This document shows, piece after piece, positions 9,864-20,655 of a stretch of DNA of 64,000 nt. Position 1 is the first letter of the stretch. Each line of letters opens with the position of its first letter. The stretch spans positions 19,261 to 83,260 of the forward strand of contig JAHJRK010000203.1 in NCBI GenBank assembly GCA_018830925.1, in the 5' to 3' direction. Position numbers and translations under genes: made by a program. The notes beneath the pieces were generated by a model. It saw only the letters and a list, made by a program, of their open reading frames with translations. It searched no databases and was not told the origin of the DNA. The stretch is from Pseudomonadota bacterium (GTDB lineage Bacteria; Desulfobacterota; Desulfobacteria; Desulfobacterales; RPRI01).

Positions 9864-10711
9864 ATAAAATCATACAAAAAATCGATTCTCTGAGTCCTGT
9901 TTCCTTTACGGGCAGCAGGATTATGGCTATCATCTCCAATCCCAACAGTTCTCTGTCGGAGATAGTCGATGTTATCAAGTACGATCAGGTTATGACCGCG
10001 AATCTTCTCAGGATATGCAACTCAGCTTACTTCGGTTTGAGAACAAAAGTCGTATCCGTCAGACAGGCGATCGCCTACCTCGGAATGAATAATATAGCCG
10101 GCGCCGTGATGATGGGACACTTCTCAAAAAATTTCACCGCTGCCCAGAAAGGTTATGATCTGGGTGAAGGCGAGCTGTGGAAATATTCGGTCTCTTCGGC
10201 GCTCATCGCCAAGAGTCTGGCGGAAAAACAACGTCTTAATAACATACCCTGTCTTTTCACATCGGCGCTGTTGAAAGATATAGGCAAGATAATATTAAGC
10301 ACTCACATCAAAGAAGCATTTCAAAAAATTGTATTATGCGTGCAGAATGAAGGGATGACATTTCTTGATGCGGAAAAGAAGATAATTGGAATCGATCATG
10401 CCGAATTGGGCGCCAGGGTCGCTGAAAAATGGAGATTCAGTCCGGAGATGGTGTTTATTATCAGGAACCATCATGATCCCCTGAAGATTCTGCTCGAGGA
10501 TGATCTTTCAATTCCGATCATTTATCTGGCCGATACAATATGCATGATGGTCGGAATCGGTGGAGGGGCGGACGGGCTCGCATACAGGTATTATCAGGAA
10601 GTAATGAGCCGGTTGAATTTTACGGATATCGATTTGCAGAAAACAATTGCCGATTTCTGGGGACAGATTAAGGCGGTTGAGGAAATGGTTAATATGTCGG
10701 GAGGGAATTAA
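9854..10711 (+). CDS. HDOD domain protein
   Basis: 'DQVMTANLLRICNSAYFG', 'LLKDIGK', 'GIDHAELGA' and 'IRNHH'. Confidence 0.9.
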   Translation: MDIDKIIQKIDSLSPVSFTGSRIMAIISNPNSSLSEIVDVIKYDQVMTANLLRICNSAYFGLRTKVVSVRQAIAYLGMNNIAGAVMMGHFSKNFTAAQKGYDLGEGELWKYSVSSALIAKSLAEKQRLNNIPCLFTSALLKDIGKIILSTHIKEAFQKIVLCVQNEGMTFLDAEKKIIGIDHAELGARVAEKWRFSPEMVFIIRNHHDPLKILLEDDLSIPIIYLADTICMMVGIGGGADGLAYRYYQEVMSRLNFTDIDLQKTIADFWGQIKAVEEMVNMSGGN

Positions 10712-10712
10712 A

Positions 10713-11141
10713 ATGTCATTTAATGTTCTGATAGTTGATGATTCTTCGTCAATGCGGGCGGTAATAAAAAGGACAATCAAGTTATCCGGATTTGATGTCG
10801 GTGAGTACTTTGAGGCGGAAGATGGCAGGGAAGCTTTGGAACTGCTTTCAAATAAATGGGTCGATATCGTTTTATCCGATATAAATATGCCCAATATGAC
10901 CGGCATGGAACTTATAGCAGAGATGAAAAAAAACGAACTGCTCAGTTCGATTCCCGTGATACTGGTAACAACTGAAGGAAGTGAAAAAAAAATACAGGAA
11001 TCGATCCGGCTGGGAGCAAACAAATATATCAAAAAACCGTTTTTCCCGGAAGAAATAATAAAAGCATTGCGCAGTTTAATGGGAGAGGAGGTCTGTGATG
11101 TCAGAGGAGATGATGAAAGCAATGCATCAGGCGATTTCTGA
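10713..11141 (+). CDS. cheY: CheY-like response regulator
   Basis: Single receiver with 'LIVDDS', 'SDINMP' and 'KKPF'. ATG 10713 follows GGAGGG. Confidence 0.85.
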   Translation: MSFNVLIVDDSSSMRAVIKRTIKLSGFDVGEYFEAEDGREALELLSNKWVDIVLSDINMPNMTGMELIAEMKKNELLSSIPVILVTTEGSEKKIQESIRLGANKYIKKPFFPEEIIKALRSLMGEEVCDVRGDDESNASGDF

Positions 11142-11580
11142 TGTGATGAATAAGATGTTCTTTCTGTCGCTGCAGATCAATGAAAAGGCTCTTGCCCTTA
11201 GTGAATGGTTTTCAGGCAAACATCCTCTGGTCGGAGCAACCATAAATTTTACAGGCCCTTCGTCAGGTTATTCATACCTGTTGATACCGGCAGAAGTTGC
11301 TAGGGAGATAACCGCCAACTTTTTGGGTGTTTCTGAAAAAGCCATAAGCGAAAAACAGGAAAAAGATACCGTTAAAGAGGCCCTGAACATGATTGCCGGC
11401 CGCATGTTTTCACAATTCGACGCGAAAGGGGCCTTCCAGACAGGCATCCCCGAATTGATCAATGAAAGCGGGCTCGTGGCCGGTCAGCTTGACAGCTTTA
11501 ATAACGGAGCCATTTTCATTGAGACGGAGCATAGCCATATGGCGGCCGGAATAGTTATGAAACAGGTGGATAGGCTATAG
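11095..11580 (+). CDS. cheX: CheX/CheC-like phosphatase
   Basis: ExxN motif 'KEALNMIAG' and 'AREITANFLG', located in the che operon. Confidence 0.7.
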   Translation: MMSEEMMKAMHQAISDVMNKMFFLSLQINEKALALSEWFSGKHPLVGATINFTGPSSGYSYLLIPAEVAREITANFLGVSEKAISEKQEKDTVKEALNMIAGRMFSQFDAKGAFQTGIPELINESGLVAGQLDSFNNGAIFIETEHSHMAAGIVMKQVDRL

Positions 11581-11675
11581 ACTGATAGGCTGAAGGCGGA
11601 TAGGTTGTAGGGTGATAAGCTGTAGACTGTAGACTAATAGCCTACAGCCTAACAGCCTAACAGCCTACAACCTAA
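11563..11675. repeat. Inverted heptamer array overlapping the cheX 3' end
   Basis: CAGGTGGATAGGCTATAG encodes QVDRL*, followed by (TAGRCTG)n...(CAGCCTA)n. Confidence 0.9.
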
Positions 11676-11680
11676 AATAA

Positions 11681-12745
<1,065 letters not shown>

Positions 12746-12752
12746 CGACTTC

Positions 12753-13025
12753 GTAACTACTAAGGTAGTTAGACTGTAGGCTGTAGACTGTTAGTCTGAA
12801 GAAAGATAGGCTGAAGGCTATAGACTGTTAGACTGTAGGAATTATCCCTAACTCCGATAAACGGGATAAGTAAGTTTACAAGATTATTTCTTGCCACTCT
12901 TTTAAGTACCCCCTTGAGGAGTAGAAAAACGCAGGAAATAATCTCTTACTTACTAAAAGCCTACAGACTAACAGTCTACAGCCTAAATACCTTCGGCCTA
13001 CAGTCTAAACAACCTGAGTAGTAAC
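12753..13025. mobile_element. Complete heptamer fold-back element with imperfect 14-bp terminal IRs and nested inserts
   Basis: GTAACTACTAAGGT...ACCTGAGTAGTAAC. It contains a 105-nt insert (12852-12956) that is absent from the homologue at 56180-56341. Confidence 0.8.
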
Positions 13026-13050
13026 GGAGAGCAAAGGAGAAGATGATAAA

Positions 13051-13836
13051 ATGTCAGAACGGTTGAAAAAGAAAATTTTAAATGTTGTTAACGGAAAGCT
13101 TTCAGAAGCTGAGATAGTGGAAGTAGTCCGTTTTATTAAACAAGTGGCATCGAGCAATCTGTATGAAGACGAGCAATTTTTCAAGGAGATTGCTTATGAA
13201 ATGACCGGGGCAGTCAAGGAACTGGCTCTGCTGGTGATTGATTTCAGGCGGGATTTAAAGAATAAAGTTCATCCCGAATTGAATGATCTGGCAACAAAAT
13301 ATATTCCCGAAGCAGCCGACCAGCTTGAGGGTATTATTGAAACTACCGAAAAAGCCGCCAACAAGATCATGGATAATCTCGATTTGCTGCAGGAACAGAC
13401 CACGAAAATGGAAGGTATTGTTGCCTCTTTCAAATCCGGAAAGATGAGAGTGCCGGGGAAGAATATGGAATCTATTGAGGTTGATATTGATCCTCAACTT
13501 GTTGAAAAGATAACGCCTCTGCTTGATCACATTGAAATAACTGAACAAAATAACACGGCATTGATAACGGATATGTTTGTTCAAATGAGCTTTCAGGACC
13601 TGACCGGTCAACGCATTAAAAAGATTATGACTCTTGTACATCAGATGGAGGAAAAGCTGAAAAAAATGGTTGTCTGTTTCGGGGTAAAACTTTCAGCAAA
13701 GGAGAAGAATCCTGATATTTCCTCTGAGGAATTACAGCGGGTAGTTGATGAAAAGGTGTTTGCGCTGTCAGGCCCACAGAAGGCAGGGCAGGGGCTTGAC
13801 CAGGGGGATATCGACAGTCTCCTGGCAAGTTTATAA
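13051..13836 (+). CDS. cheZ: Chemotaxis phosphatase CheZ
   Basis: 'TEKAANKIMD', 'SFQDLTGQRIKK' and C-terminal 'QGDIDSLLASL'. Confidence 0.9.
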   Translation: MSERLKKKILNVVNGKLSEAEIVEVVRFIKQVASSNLYEDEQFFKEIAYEMTGAVKELALLVIDFRRDLKNKVHPELNDLATKYIPEAADQLEGIIETTEKAANKIMDNLDLLQEQTTKMEGIVASFKSGKMRVPGKNMESIEVDIDPQLVEKITPLLDHIEITEQNNTALITDMFVQMSFQDLTGQRIKKIMTLVHQMEEKLKKMVVCFGVKLSAKEKNPDISSEELQRVVDEKVFALSGPQKAGQGLDQGDIDSLLASL

Positions 13837-13839
13837 TTG

Positions 13840-13925
13840 GTAACTGAACCGGTGGGTAGACTGAAGGCTGCAGGCTGTTAGGTAAAACTAAAAAACTAAT
13901 AGCTTAAGGCCTAATAGACTAATTG
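13840..13925. repeat. Short inverted heptamer array
   Basis: GTAACTGAACCGGT, then tagactgaaggctgcaggctgttagg...ctaatagct...cctaatagactaa. Confidence 0.75.
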
Positions 13926-13947
13926 TATGATATGTAAAGGATGATGG

Positions 13948-14325
13948 ATGATGGATTTAAACATGAAGGTTCTTATTGTTGACGATTTTGCCACGATGAG
14001 AAGAATCATAAAAAACATCTTAAAGCAGACCGGGTTTACCAATATTTTTGAAGCCGAAGATGGTAAAAGCGCTTTAAAGATGCTTCAGAACGATAAATTC
14101 GATCTGATATTGTGTGACTGGAATATGCCCGAAATGCCGGGAATAGAGTTGCTGGGCAAGGTACGGGCTGATGAACAATTGAAGGGCATACCCTTTGTGA
14201 TGGTTACGGCCGAGGCTCAGAAGGAGAATATTATCGCGGCGGTCAAAGCCGGCGTAAACAGCTATATCGTAAAACCGTTTACTGCTGAAATCGTTGAACA
14301 AAAACTGAAAAAACTTTTCGTCTGA
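13948..14325 (+). CDS. cheY: Chemotaxis response regulator CheY (motor-binding type)
   Basis: 'VDDFATMRRIIKN', 'DWNMPEMPG', 'MVTAEA' and 'VKPF'. Confidence 0.95.
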   Translation: MMDLNMKVLIVDDFATMRRIIKNILKQTGFTNIFEAEDGKSALKMLQNDKFDLILCDWNMPEMPGIELLGKVRADEQLKGIPFVMVTAEAQKENIIAAVKAGVNSYIVKPFTAEIVEQKLKKLFV

Positions 14326-14424
14326 TTTTTTTCTTTATTTTAAACAACGAATTAAGTATGATTATTCACGTCGGGCTCGGTGAAAAACATGAAGTCCGGG
14401 GACGAAGATAAAGGAGGGTCAATT

Positions 14425-14823
14425 ATGGATATAAAAAAAATAAATCAGGTGGGACAACTGCGGCCGTCAGCTTTTGACGGGATAACTAACGATAAGGGTT
14501 TTAAGCAGATCTTTGACCGGAAGCTTTCCGAAGTCAACAGTATTGCTAGCCCGACTTCTGCTGATCCTAAGACCGATTTGCTTGACCATAGTGATAAAGT
14601 GCTTGATCTTTTAGATGATTACGCAAAAGAATTGGGTAATCCGCTAAAGACATTAAAAGAGATTGAACCGATAGTTTCCCGTATCGAAAAAGAGGTTGAC
14701 CTTATCGAATCGAAGGCAGCAGGAATTGTTCATCAAGACAGGGAATTTGAACGATTCGTCAGAGACCTGTCAGTTACCGCACAAGTTGCCGTATTGAAGT
14801 TTCAGCGGGGAGATTATTTATAG
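14425..14823 (+). CDS. Hypothetical flagellar-cluster protein
   Basis: Strong RBS AAGGAGG, a helical 132-aa ORF ending KFQRGDYL, and an operonic position. Confidence 0.75.
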   Translation: MDIKKINQVGQLRPSAFDGITNDKGFKQIFDRKLSEVNSIASPTSADPKTDLLDHSDKVLDLLDDYAKELGNPLKTLKEIEPIVSRIEKEVDLIESKAAGIVHQDREFERFVRDLSVTAQVAVLKFQRGDYL

Positions 14824-14882
14824 GGTAACCATTCCGCCTTTGCCTCCTTGAACCTTGGAAGTTGCAAAAAAGGTAAAATGAT

Positions 14883-16268
14883 ATGGAAAAAATTCTGGTC
14901 GTAGAAGACAATCTTTTTGAGGCAAAAATAATCGTGAGTGTCTTAAAAGGAAAAGGCTATGAAGCGTCGTTAGCTTCAGACGGGGTGACCGGAATAAGGG
15001 AACTGGAGAACAATTCATATGATCTGGTGCTCACCGATCTCATAATGCCCGATCTGGACGGAATGGGTGTACTCAACCATGTTGTTAACAAGTGCCCTAA
15101 GACCAAGTGCATCATCCTCACCGGCCATGCAACCATAAAGAGTTCCGTTGAGGCGATTAAACAGGGGGCCTTTGATTATATTACAAAGCCCATTGCGTCA
15201 ACCGAACTTCTCCTGGTCGTAGAGAAAGCCCTTCAATTTAAGAATCTTGAAGAAGAAAATATCCGGCTTAAAAGAGAGTTGAAAAAAAGGTATTCGCGTA
15301 CCAATATTATCGGTACCAGCAAGGCTATGGAGAATGTATTCGGCCTGATTGAAAAAGTGGCCGATACGGACATTACGGTACTCATTCAGGGTCCAAGCGG
15401 TACAGGCAAGGAATTGATTGCAAGGGCTATTCATTATGACAGCGACCGGGGGGAGAAGCCTCTGGTGGTTATCAATTGTGGCGCGATTCCCGAAGCCTTG
15501 CTGGAGAGTGAGCTGTTCGGACATGAAAAAGGATCGTTTACCGGAGCCCACAAGAGCCGGGTTGGCAGGTTTGAAATGGCAAACGGAGGCACCATATTTC
15601 TGGATGAGATAGGGGAGATGAGCCCGGCATTGCAGGTAAAACTGCTAAGAGTGCTTCAGGATCAGCGGTTTGAAAGGGTCGGCGGAACCAAAACCATTCA
15701 TGTTGACGTACGCATTATCGCGGCTACCAACAAAAACTTAACGGTTGCAATTAACAACAACACATTCCGGGAGGACCTTTATTACAGGTTGAATGTGATC
15801 ATGATCAAGGCTCCTCCATTGAAACAGCGTAAATCCGATATCCCTTTACTCGTCAACTATTTTATGAAGAAATTTCAAAAAAAAGACAAAGAAACAATCA
15901 CGGGGTTCAGCCCCGATGCTATGAATGCCATGCTTGAGTTCGTCTGGCCCGGGAACGTCAGAGAGCTTGAAAATGTTATAAGGCAATTAGTTGTCCTTTG
16001 TGAGAACCCGATCGTAGAGTTTGAAGATCTTCCGGAACATATTCAGCAAACGGAAATATCAGTTACCAGGAGCGAAGCTGCACAATTCCTTGAAGAGGGC
16101 CTTTCCCTTGATAATGCGGTTAAAGTCTACGAAAGAAAGCTCATAATTGAAGCCATGGAAAAGAGTAATGGAATTAAAGCAAAGGCTGCAAAGCTGCTCA
16201 ATATTAAAAGAACCACGCTTGTCGAGAAGATGAAAAAGCAGAACTTTTCCAAATCAGTCTGCGCATGA
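14883..16268 (+). CDS. Sigma54-dependent activator, FlrA/FleQ-like (receiver-AAA+-HTH)
   Basis: 'GPSGTGKE', 'GSFTGA', 'WPGNVRELEN' and HTH 'AAKLLNIKRTTLVEKMKK', which resembles the FleQ/FlrA HTH. Confidence 0.9.
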   Translation: MEKILVVEDNLFEAKIIVSVLKGKGYEASLASDGVTGIRELENNSYDLVLTDLIMPDLDGMGVLNHVVNKCPKTKCIILTGHATIKSSVEAIKQGAFDYITKPIASTELLLVVEKALQFKNLEEENIRLKRELKKRYSRTNIIGTSKAMENVFGLIEKVADTDITVLIQGPSGTGKELIARAIHYDSDRGEKPLVVINCGAIPEALLESELFGHEKGSFTGAHKSRVGRFEMANGGTIFLDEIGEMSPALQVKLLRVLQDQRFERVGGTKTIHVDVRIIAATNKNLTVAINNNTFREDLYYRLNVIMIKAPPLKQRKSDIPLLVNYFMKKFQKKDKETITGFSPDAMNAMLEFVWPGNVRELENVIRQLVVLCENPIVEFEDLPEHIQQTEISVTRSEAAQFLEEGLSLDNAVKVYERKLIIEAMEKSNGIKAKAAKLLNIKRTTLVEKMKKQNFSKSVCA

Positions 16269-16279
16269 TCAGGGGACGA

Positions 16280-16452
16280 AGAGCGAATATAGAATGTCGA
16301 ATATCGATGTTCGAGGTACGAGAAAGGCTTAAAGTGTGAAGCGAAAGCCGTGAATCGTAAATCGTGAATCGATCAACGAACCACGAACGACGAAGTCCGA
16401 TGTCCGAAATTCGATGTACGAAGTCCGATATTCGATTCATGGCCACTGACCA
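16280..16452. repeat. Low-complexity heptamer-like region (TCGAATA, CGTGAAT, TCCGAWR units)
   Basis: gtgaatcgtaaatcgtgaatcg and cgaagtccgatgtccgaaattcgatgtacgaagtccgat. Confidence 0.6.
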
Positions 16453-16579
16453 CCGATAAGTTTTATCGTCAAAGTAATGACATCCCACCATATACTATCT
16501 CGTCACAGATCCAATATTCAACATCTTATAATAATTATAAATAGCAGATAATATGTGCTTTGTCTGGGGCTTTATCCCA

Positions 16580-16596
16580 TTGGCATAGTAATTGCT
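16580..16596 (+). promoter_or_regulatory. Sigma54 promoter of the TPR-activator operon
   Basis: TTGGCATAGTAATTGCT, with an upstream palindrome GTCAAAGTAATGAC at 16468-16481. Confidence 0.75.
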
Positions 16597-16611
16597 CGTT
16601 ACCTCTGATAT

Positions 16612-19236
16612 ATGCGAAACCATCGTTGTCATACCCTATACATTCTCACAGTGACGTTTATGCTTATGGGGCTGCCGAATTTATCGGCTGCTGCCGCCGG
16701 CCCTTTTATCTCCGTTACAGGTGAAGACCTGATGGAAATTATTTCAATTTCTTCGGCAGAGAGCAACCGGGGAGCAATCCTCACCGTAAAAAGTGTCGGA
16801 AAAATGACGGTAGAAAAGGCCATGTTTCTGGAAGCGCCGCCCAGAATCATATATGACCTTTTTTATGACGGCATGCCGTTCTCATCTGTAGCCCGATCTG
16901 TAAATAATTTGTATCTGGAAAATATCCGGGTCGGATATCACCCCAATAAAATAAGGCTGGTATTGGATATGAAGGGGCTTGATATTCCTGTGTCAAGATA
17001 TCAGCAGGGCAATAACGAACTGATTATCAGACTTGGGGAAGAGAGCCAGGGGGCAGAGTCCGGTGCAAAGATTAAAAACGTTAAGGAAACGAATCCGACT
17101 GTTTACACGCCATCTGTCTCCGAAGAAAATAATGGTCCGCGTGAAACGGAGAATAATAGTGCCGGTTATGTAAAAGAAGCAACGTCCGGAATTTCAGACG
17201 CATCAGTATCGAAGTACCTGTCACAGTCGAACCCGGACTTACTGCTTGAAAAAATGACACAGGTCGAAACAAACGACACAAGCGAAGAGACGGCGCTGTT
17301 TTTGAAAGGAGTAGAGGCTTACAAGCACCAGCGCTGGCCGGAAGCTGAAAAAAGCTTACAAAATCTCATCAAGACTTATTCTAAAGGGCGATATTCTGAG
17401 AAAGCATATTTTTTACTGGCAAAATCGATAGATCAATTATATTCGCAAACAACTTCCGAACATTTTTCTGTGATAAAAAGTCATTACGAGGATGCCATTT
17501 ACAGGTTCCCTGCGTCCATCTTTGTCCCTGATACCCTGCTGTCCATGGGAAACCTCCGCCTGAAAGTCAAAAACTTCGATGAGGCGATAGTATATTTTAA
17601 CCTCGTTATTGAAAAAAATACCGGCGATGCCACCTTTGTGAAGGCAATGATTCAAAAGGGTAATCTGTTGTTTCAAAAGGGCAAATACACGGAAGCGCTT
17701 TCCGTTTATGAGCATATCATTAAAAATTATGGCGGCACTTTTGCGGAAACGGAAGCAAAAATAGGCGCGGCAAAAGCGCTTTTTGAGATAAACAGTTTTG
17801 ATAAATCAATCAACCTGCTTACCCGGTTGGCGCAGAGCCCTGAAAATATATACCGCTATCCGGAGATCTATCTCTACCTTGGATATAATTATTACCAGAA
17901 AAAAGATTATGCCATGACGAGGGAAAGCCTGTTCAGATATTATAATGTAAATCCCGACAGCGAAACAGGTTCACTGGTATTAAGCAAGATCGGAGATTCA
18001 TACCGGGCGGAAGGATTTGCGAATGCGGCGACAAAAATATATCAATTGGTTCTTTTCCGGTACCCACAAACAGAAGGAGCTCTTATCAGCCTGACACGTC
18101 TCGCGGAAGAGCAGGAAAGCGGAGAACTGAAAATAACGGAAGGAGCCCCGGTCCCTTTTAAAATTATCGATGAAGTGATTGCTTCACCCAATGAGATATA
18201 TGAGGAACTGATTAGTGGATCAATCAGTAATAACAATAATAGCCCCATGGCTGAGTACGCGTTGCTTAAACTCGCCATTATTCATAGAAAAATGAAAAGC
18301 TATAGGAAAAGCCTCGATATATTTATAGAATTATTGGAAAAATATCCTAAGTCAAAATTGCTTCCGGAAACCATATACGCTTTGAGCGATACGGTTGAGG
18401 CAGTTCTTAAGGATGAAGGAGAAGAGGAATACACCAAGATTCTAAACATATATCAGAAACAAAAAGAGTCTATTCAACGGCTTGCACCTCCGAGGACATT
18501 TTTAGCTGTTGCCATAGCTTCGCAGCGTCTGGGGCTTCAGGATATGGCTGCTGAATTATTCCGGAAGGCTGATGCCCTTTTGCCGGAAGAAAAAAAACCC
18601 GAAGAGCTTCTTTTTTATCTTGGAAAATATTTTTTAGAAAATGGACAACCTGAAAATGGATTGGAAAAACTGGAATCCCTCATTAAAAAATACCCATCCG
18701 GAAGATATTCTGCAAAAGCTTACCATTTAAAGGGCGGTGTTTTTCAAAAAAATAAAGAATACGCGAAGGCGGTTGAAATGTTCTCGAAAGCCTTGAAAAG
18801 CCGTCCGGGATTAGATGAAGGAATATATATCATGGCGGATAAGGCGCGGGCCTTAACGGAATCCGGTTTCAAGGAGGAGGGTCTGGCTGTAGCGCGTTAC
18901 GCGGAACAATCTCTGGCGGAAAGCCAGGAACAGAGTCAGCCGCTTTATCAGGAGGTTGGAGACCTCTATCTTCAAATCGGCCGTCCTGCAGATGCCCTGT
19001 TACTGCTCAATAATGCCTTGTCATTTGAAAAAGAGGAAAAAAAGAGCATTAAACTTAAGCTTTCTATTGCGCGATGCTATGAGGCGCTTAATAAGAAAAG
19101 CGATTATATCGCTCTCTATAACCAGATTATCGGACTCAATGATCCGTTATGGAGCCTTGTTGCCAAAGAAAGGATGGAAGCGATAGATTTTGAGGAGACG
19201 CTCAGGAAAGCGGACAAAAGTAAAAACAGGAGATAG
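16612..19236 (+). CDS. Exported AMIN-like plus multi-TPR protein
   Basis: Signal peptide, 'LEAPPRIIYDL...NIRVGYHPNKIRLVLD' (AMIN-like) and many TPR helices ('YP.S' turns). Confidence 0.85.
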   Translation: MRNHRCHTLYILTVTFMLMGLPNLSAAAAGPFISVTGEDLMEIISISSAESNRGAILTVKSVGKMTVEKAMFLEAPPRIIYDLFYDGMPFSSVARSVNNLYLENIRVGYHPNKIRLVLDMKGLDIPVSRYQQGNNELIIRLGEESQGAESGAKIKNVKETNPTVYTPSVSEENNGPRETENNSAGYVKEATSGISDASVSKYLSQSNPDLLLEKMTQVETNDTSEETALFLKGVEAYKHQRWPEAEKSLQNLIKTYSKGRYSEKAYFLLAKSIDQLYSQTTSEHFSVIKSHYEDAIYRFPASIFVPDTLLSMGNLRLKVKNFDEAIVYFNLVIEKNTGDATFVKAMIQKGNLLFQKGKYTEALSVYEHIIKNYGGTFAETEAKIGAAKALFEINSFDKSINLLTRLAQSPENIYRYPEIYLYLGYNYYQKKDYAMTRESLFRYYNVNPDSETGSLVLSKIGDSYRAEGFANAATKIYQLVLFRYPQTEGALISLTRLAEEQESGELKITEGAPVPFKIIDEVIASPNEIYEELISGSISNNNNSPMAEYALLKLAIIHRKMKSYRKSLDIFIELLEKYPKSKLLPETIYALSDTVEAVLKDEGEEEYTKILNIYQKQKESIQRLAPPRTFLAVAIASQRLGLQDMAAELFRKADALLPEEKKPEELLFYLGKYFLENGQPENGLEKLESLIKKYPSGRYSAKAYHLKGGVFQKNKEYAKAVEMFSKALKSRPGLDEGIYIMADKARALTESGFKEEGLAVARYAEQSLAESQEQSQPLYQEVGDLYLQIGRPADALLLLNNALSFEKEEKKSIKLKLSIARCYEALNKKSDYIALYNQIIGLNDPLWSLVAKERMEAIDFEETLRKADKSKNRR

Positions 19237-19245
19237 ACAGCGGAT

Positions 19246-20595
19246 ATGCAGGGAAAACGCGTGTTGCTTGTTGAAGACGATAAAAACGAATCGGTTGCCA
19301 TGGCCGATCTCTTTATTGGGGCCGGTCACCGGTTGTGTGTCGTCAGTGACGGATATGCGGCCCTCGGCAAGCTATCGGACGGTCAATACGACATGGTTGT
19401 TTCGGAACTCAATTTGCCCCGGATGAGCGGTATTGACCTGTTGATAAAGATAAAGGAAGTTAATACAGCTCTTCCGGTAATTCTCATCGCGTCCGGCATT
19501 TGCGTAAAGGAAGCGGTTGAAGCCATGAAAAAGGGTGCGAATGATTTTATTTTGAAACCACTCTCACCTGAAACGATTGAATCTATTACTTCAGGATTCC
19601 CTCGTGCCTCCTCAGTTGAGGCTGCAACTGCAACAAACGGCAAATACGCAATCGTCACAATAAACGGGGAAATGAACCGCCTTTTAAATGATGCCAGAGA
19701 AATTGCAAACAGCCGTGCGTCCGTATTCATCCATGGAGAATCAGGTACGGGTAAAGAACTGTTTGCGAGACATATTCACCAGTGCAGTGATCGTAAGGAT
19801 AAACCCTTTCTGGCTGTTAACTGCGCCGCTCTTCCGGAAACGCTGATGGAGAGCGAGCTTTTCGGTTATGAAAAAGGTGCGTTTACCGGGGCAAGCGCCC
19901 GAAAGAAAGGAAAGTTCGAAGCGGCCGATAAAGGAACCATCCTGCTGGACGAGATCAGTGAGTTGGATTACCAGCTTCAATCAAAATTATTAAGAGTGCT
20001 GCAGGAAAAGGAAATCGACAGGGTCGGAGGGACTGTATCTATACCGGTCGATGTGCGGATTATCGCGACAACCAACAGGGATATTGAAAAACAGATAGAA
20101 GAAGAAAAATTCAGGGAAGACCTTTATTATCGTTTAAACACTATTCCTATCCATTTGCCCCCATTGAGAGAAAGGAAGGACGACATACCCTTGCTGGCCG
20201 ATTATTTTCTCAAAAAATATAACAATATTGAGAGTAAGGTCGTCAAAGGATTGGCGGAAGATGCGATCCTGGCGCTTATGGAAAAGCCGTGGAGGGGTAA
20301 TGTCAGGGAATTGGAGAACATAATCGAAAGAGCCGTTCTGATGTCTAAGGGAAATATAATCGACGAAGAAGGTCTGTTGTTAAACGGACGGATCAGGCCG
20401 GCTGCTCCTGCGGGATATCCAATAATGCCTGTAATGCCGGAGGGTTCCTTGAGAGAACTGGAGAAAAAGGTCATTTTCCAGACTCTTAACCGAACAAATG
20501 GCAACAGGACACACGCGGCTGATATCCTGGGTATCAGTGTCCGAACCCTGAGGAATAAGCTGAATGAGTACAGAGAAAAAATGACGACCTCGTAA
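19246..20595 (+). CDS. Sigma54-dependent activator, FlrC/FleR-like, with an atypical receiver (Glu at the phosphoacceptor position)
   Basis: 'GESGTGKE', 'GAFTGA' and HTH 'GNRTHAADILGISVRTLRNKLNEY', typical of FlrC/FleR/FlbD. Confidence 0.9.
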   Translation: MQGKRVLLVEDDKNESVAMADLFIGAGHRLCVVSDGYAALGKLSDGQYDMVVSELNLPRMSGIDLLIKIKEVNTALPVILIASGICVKEAVEAMKKGANDFILKPLSPETIESITSGFPRASSVEAATATNGKYAIVTINGEMNRLLNDAREIANSRASVFIHGESGTGKELFARHIHQCSDRKDKPFLAVNCAALPETLMESELFGYEKGAFTGASARKKGKFEAADKGTILLDEISELDYQLQSKLLRVLQEKEIDRVGGTVSIPVDVRIIATTNRDIEKQIEEEKFREDLYYRLNTIPIHLPPLRERKDDIPLLADYFLKKYNNIESKVVKGLAEDAILALMEKPWRGNVRELENIIERAVLMSKGNIIDEEGLLLNGRIRPAAPAGYPIMPVMPEGSLRELEKKVIFQTLNRTNGNRTHAADILGISVRTLRNKLNEYREKMTTS

Positions 20596-20596
20596 A

Positions 20597-20613
20597 AAGG
20601 CATGCAATTTGCA
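20597..20613 (+). promoter_or_regulatory. Sigma54 promoter of the flgB operon
   Basis: AAGGCATGCAATTTGCA (GG-N10-GC), about 40 nt before the flgB ATG. Confidence 0.7.
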
Positions 20614-20655
20614 ATAGTTGATATTCAGGAGAATAGAGCAAAAAGGAGGAATTTT

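Noticed and set aside
12753-13025. Integron attC sites (the arrays contain GTTAGRC and GYCTAAC)
   Set aside because: The order is core then inverse core, opposite to attC. There is no intI, and the flanking genes are core operon genes.
14425-14823. Possible displaced flgM
   Set aside because: It lacks the FlgM C-terminal 'KV..LK..I..G.Y' pattern and is longer than typical FlgM.
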